From contig JAXLNO010000446.1 of NCBI GenBank assembly GCA_038087875.1, positions 62,001-126,000 of the forward strand: 64,000 bases of DNA. The letters are read 5' to 3'. The stretch is from Malacoraja senta. Lineage: Eukaryota. Below the pieces are notes generated by a model. The model was not told where the DNA came from. It searched no databases and saw only the letters and a program-made list of their open reading frames with translations. Positions 62,935 through 64,000 of the stretch are shown piece by piece; the stretch's first letter is position 1; each line of letters starts with the position of its first letter. The position numbers and the translations under genes were made by a program.

Positions 62935-64000
62935 TATCTGTATAAAATCAGGAGAGGAATAGATCAGGTAAACGTACAGAGTCTCTTGCCCAGAGAAGGA
63001 GAATCGAGAACCAGAAGACAGAAGTTTCAGGTGAGGGGGGGGAAAAGATTTAATATGAACCTGAGGGGTAACTTTTTTACACAAAGGATGGTGGGTGTAT
63101 GGAACGAGCTGCCGGAAGAGATAGTTGAGGCAGGTAGTATCGTAATGTTTAAGAAACATATAGATACAGGCATATATGGGCCAAACGCAGGCAGGTGCGA
63201 CTATATGAAATGGATATTAAGAATATTTTCTTGAAGGACAGGTTAGGCTGCATTTGGAGTATTGCATGCAGTTCTGGTCACCCCCATTACAGGAAGGATG
63301 TGATGGCTCTAGGAGAGACTGCAGAGGAGATTTACCAGAATGATGCCTGGATTCGGGGGTTTCAGCTACAGGGGCAGGTTGGACAGACTTGGATTGTTTT
63401 CTCTGGAACCTCAGAGTTTGAGGGGACACTTGATTGGGAGGCAGACTGTAGATAGAGTAGACAGTCAGAACCTTTTTTCCAGGGTGGAGATGTCCAACAG
63501 CAGAGGGGATAGCTGTAATGTGAGAGGGGGAATGTTTAATGGAATATGCAATTCAAGTGTTTTACACAGAGGGTAGTGGAGGCTTGGAATGTGATGCCAG
63601 GGGTGGTGGTGGAGGCAGATACGATAGTGGTGTTTAAGAGGCTTTTAGATTGGCACATGGATATGTAGGGAATGGAGAGATATGGATCACGTACAGGCAG
63701 ATGAGATCAGTTTAACTTGGCACCATGTTTGATACAAATATTGTGGGCTGAAAGGCCCGTTCCTGCACGGTTCTGATCTATGTGCTATCACAAACAAGGT
63801 CTGGTTAAGAGAACCAATAACCTCTACAGATGCACCATGGAAATCATACTGGTAGGTTACATAGAAACATAGAAAATAGGTGCAGGAGTAGGCCATTCGG
63901 CCCTTCGAGCCTGCACCGCCATTCAATATGATCATGGCTGAACATCCAACTCAGTATCCTGTACCTGCTTTCTCTCCATACCCCCTGATCCCTTTAGCCA
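62935..64000. mobile_element. Several decayed CR1 3' fragments
   Basis: FFTQRMVGVWNELPEE; degenerate HLEYC..SPHYRKD; a minus-strand CR1 3' UTR at 63858-64000. Confidence 0.75.

Overview
Repeat-dominated vertebrate genomic DNA, intronic or intergenic. The repeat set (HE1-like V-SINEs plus abundant CR1 LINEs) suggests a cartilaginous fish, probably a skate or ray; this is inference. No host protein-coding gene is recognisable, and only two weak exon candidates were seen. The window contains one uninterrupted CR1 ORF2 (35247-38357), dozens of CR1 and Rex1 fragments, and a terminally complete but decayed DIRS1-like retrotransposon (41642-46493). It also holds two complementary Tc1 (DD34E) pieces, four Harbinger-like MITEs, Vingi and Tx1 3' fragments, a Helitron-like 3' end, tandem arrays and a 200-N gap. 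The most interesting signals are RNA-structural. A 141-bp retroposed element (32440-32580, minus strand) starts exactly at a 54-nt minimal HDV-like ribozyme fold and shares its tail with a Vingi LINE in the same window. Many TSD-flanked palindromic Penelope-derived insertions carry minimal hammerhead cores. Coordinates of decayed repeat fragments are approximate, and family names come from recognised motifs, not database searches.
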